A stretch of 30,489 nt of DNA from Alphaproteobacteria bacterium (GTDB taxonomy: Bacteria > Pseudomonadota > Alphaproteobacteria > UBA8317): NCBI GenBank assembly GCA_038131935.1, contig JAYPQH010000036.1, positions 1-30,489 on the forward strand. Reading direction: 5' to 3'. Positions 29,583 through 30,489 of the stretch are shown here, piece by piece. The notes below the pieces were generated by a model. That model saw only the letters and a list, made by a program, of their open reading frames with translations, was not told the DNA's origin and ran no database searches. The position numbers were made by a program, and so were the translations under genes. Each line of letters begins with the position of its first letter. Positions within the stretch are counted from its first letter, which is position 1.

Positions 29583-30308
29583 TTAATGGGTGCCGCTGAT
29601 GAAAGGGCGAGCCCATGAGCCGATGACCTCATCCTCATACGGTTTAGCATCGGATGGCTGTTCAGGGCCTTGAAAGCCATTAGCCAACGAAAAGGGATTA
29701 GCCAGAATTTTAATAAGGCCTGGGTTGGTTTTAAGTGCAGCCATCGTAGCGCCTAGTGACGCTGCGGTACCGCCGGAGAACTCACCGTTCATAGCACGAA
29801 CCCGACCGCGTACCCGGGGCATGGCCTTACCCGTTTGATCTATAGCTGCCTTCTGAAGAAAGTAGACGCCCAGATCAAAGGGGATGGAGTCAAAACCACA
29901 GCTGTGAACAATGCGTGCGCCAGAGGCTTCTGCGGCAGCCTGATGCGATGTGATCATCTCGTGCATCCAGCCGGGTTCTCCTGAGAGGTCGACGTAGTGT
30001 GTCCCCTCTTCAGCACAGAGCTTAACCAGTTCGGATCCATAAAGCTGGTAGGGGCCAACGGTTGTGCAGATACACTGCGCTCGCTTCACCATTGCACGCA
30101 GTGAGTCAGAATCGCTGGCATCGGCAGTCACGAGTGGAGTTGTGCTGGGTGCGCCTACTAAGTCTCTTACTTCGGCCAGCTTCGCTTCATTTCTGCCTGC
30201 CATGGCCCAGTTGGCACTGTCGCCATAGGTTTTTCCCATGTACTCGGCCACAAGGCGGCCAGTAAAGCCGCTTGCTCCGTAGATAATTACGTCAAATTCT
30301 CTGCTCAT
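29583..30308 (-). pseudogene. Saccharopine dehydrogenase-like / trans-acting enoyl reductase family protein, 3'-truncated
   Basis: YGASGFTG, AGRN, TVGPYQLYG, HYVDLSGE, HSCGFDSIPFDLG and SGGT motifs. Homology continues out of frame (PINTKNVHRS) to ~29562 and then stops; the family is normally ~390 aa. Confidence 0.8.
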
Positions 30309-30489
30309 ACCTGATTCCATTTCGTAAGTGTTCTTATTGTTTAGGCAGGTTGTTAAACCTACGCTCTATTGATTGCGTCGATCATTGTATGACTAAAAAT
30401 CAGTGTTAACGGATTGTTTGTGCGAGCTTATCAATTCTTCGTCCTACAGTGCGTGTTTTGACATACACCTCAGCTAGTTACGGGCACTC

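Noticed and set aside
316-30265. Numerous short antisense or alternate-frame ORFs in the track (e.g. 316-726, 4286-4615, 15976-16416, 22277-22705, 26461-26691)
   Set aside because: They shadow well-supported genes and show no motifs or SD sequences.
1-30489. CRISPR arrays, tRNA/rRNA genes, IS elements, prophage or defence genes
   Set aside because: No spaced direct repeats, cloverleaf motifs, or transposase, integrase or phage-like ORFs were seen on manual reading.

Overview
This 30.5 kb window appears to come from a moderately AT-rich alphaproteobacterium (inferred from the purC-purS-purQ-purL-bolA-grxD order, a zeta/DUF1476-like gene divergent from purC, and map-sfsA/cinA synteny). Positions 1-9.9 kb are core genes: grxD, bolA, purLQSC, a zeta-like ORF, an acyl-CoA ligase, purB, map, sfsA and a cinA-like gene. 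Positions 9.9-25 kb are a dense block of small-molecule catabolic enzymes with no regulator and only one transporter. The block holds two class II aldolase/adducin proteins, an epoxide hydrolase, a DAD-family cupin, an FAH-family hydratase, an orphan CoxL-like molybdoenzyme, a PanE-like reductase, a stand-alone AceE-like ThDP enzyme, a SAF-domain oxidoreductase, an EctD-like Fe/2OG dioxygenase, an atypical LeuB-like dehydrogenase and a cupin. Positions 25-30.5 kb are accessory: FkbM methyltransferase, a hypothetical protein, a dienelactone hydrolase-like gene, cytochrome c-copC-copD behind a CueR-like promoter, and a truncated GC-richer saccharopine-dehydrogenase-like gene. About 19 small indels split otherwise intact genes, including purL, and are most likely long-read consensus errors. 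The best candidates for novelty are the PhyH/SAF/LeuB*/cupin/PanE/AceE catabolic module of unknown substrate and a ~100 nt G-U-rich rod-like RNA structure in the 20.17-20.44 kb intergenic gap. No tRNA, rRNA, CRISPR array or IS element was seen.
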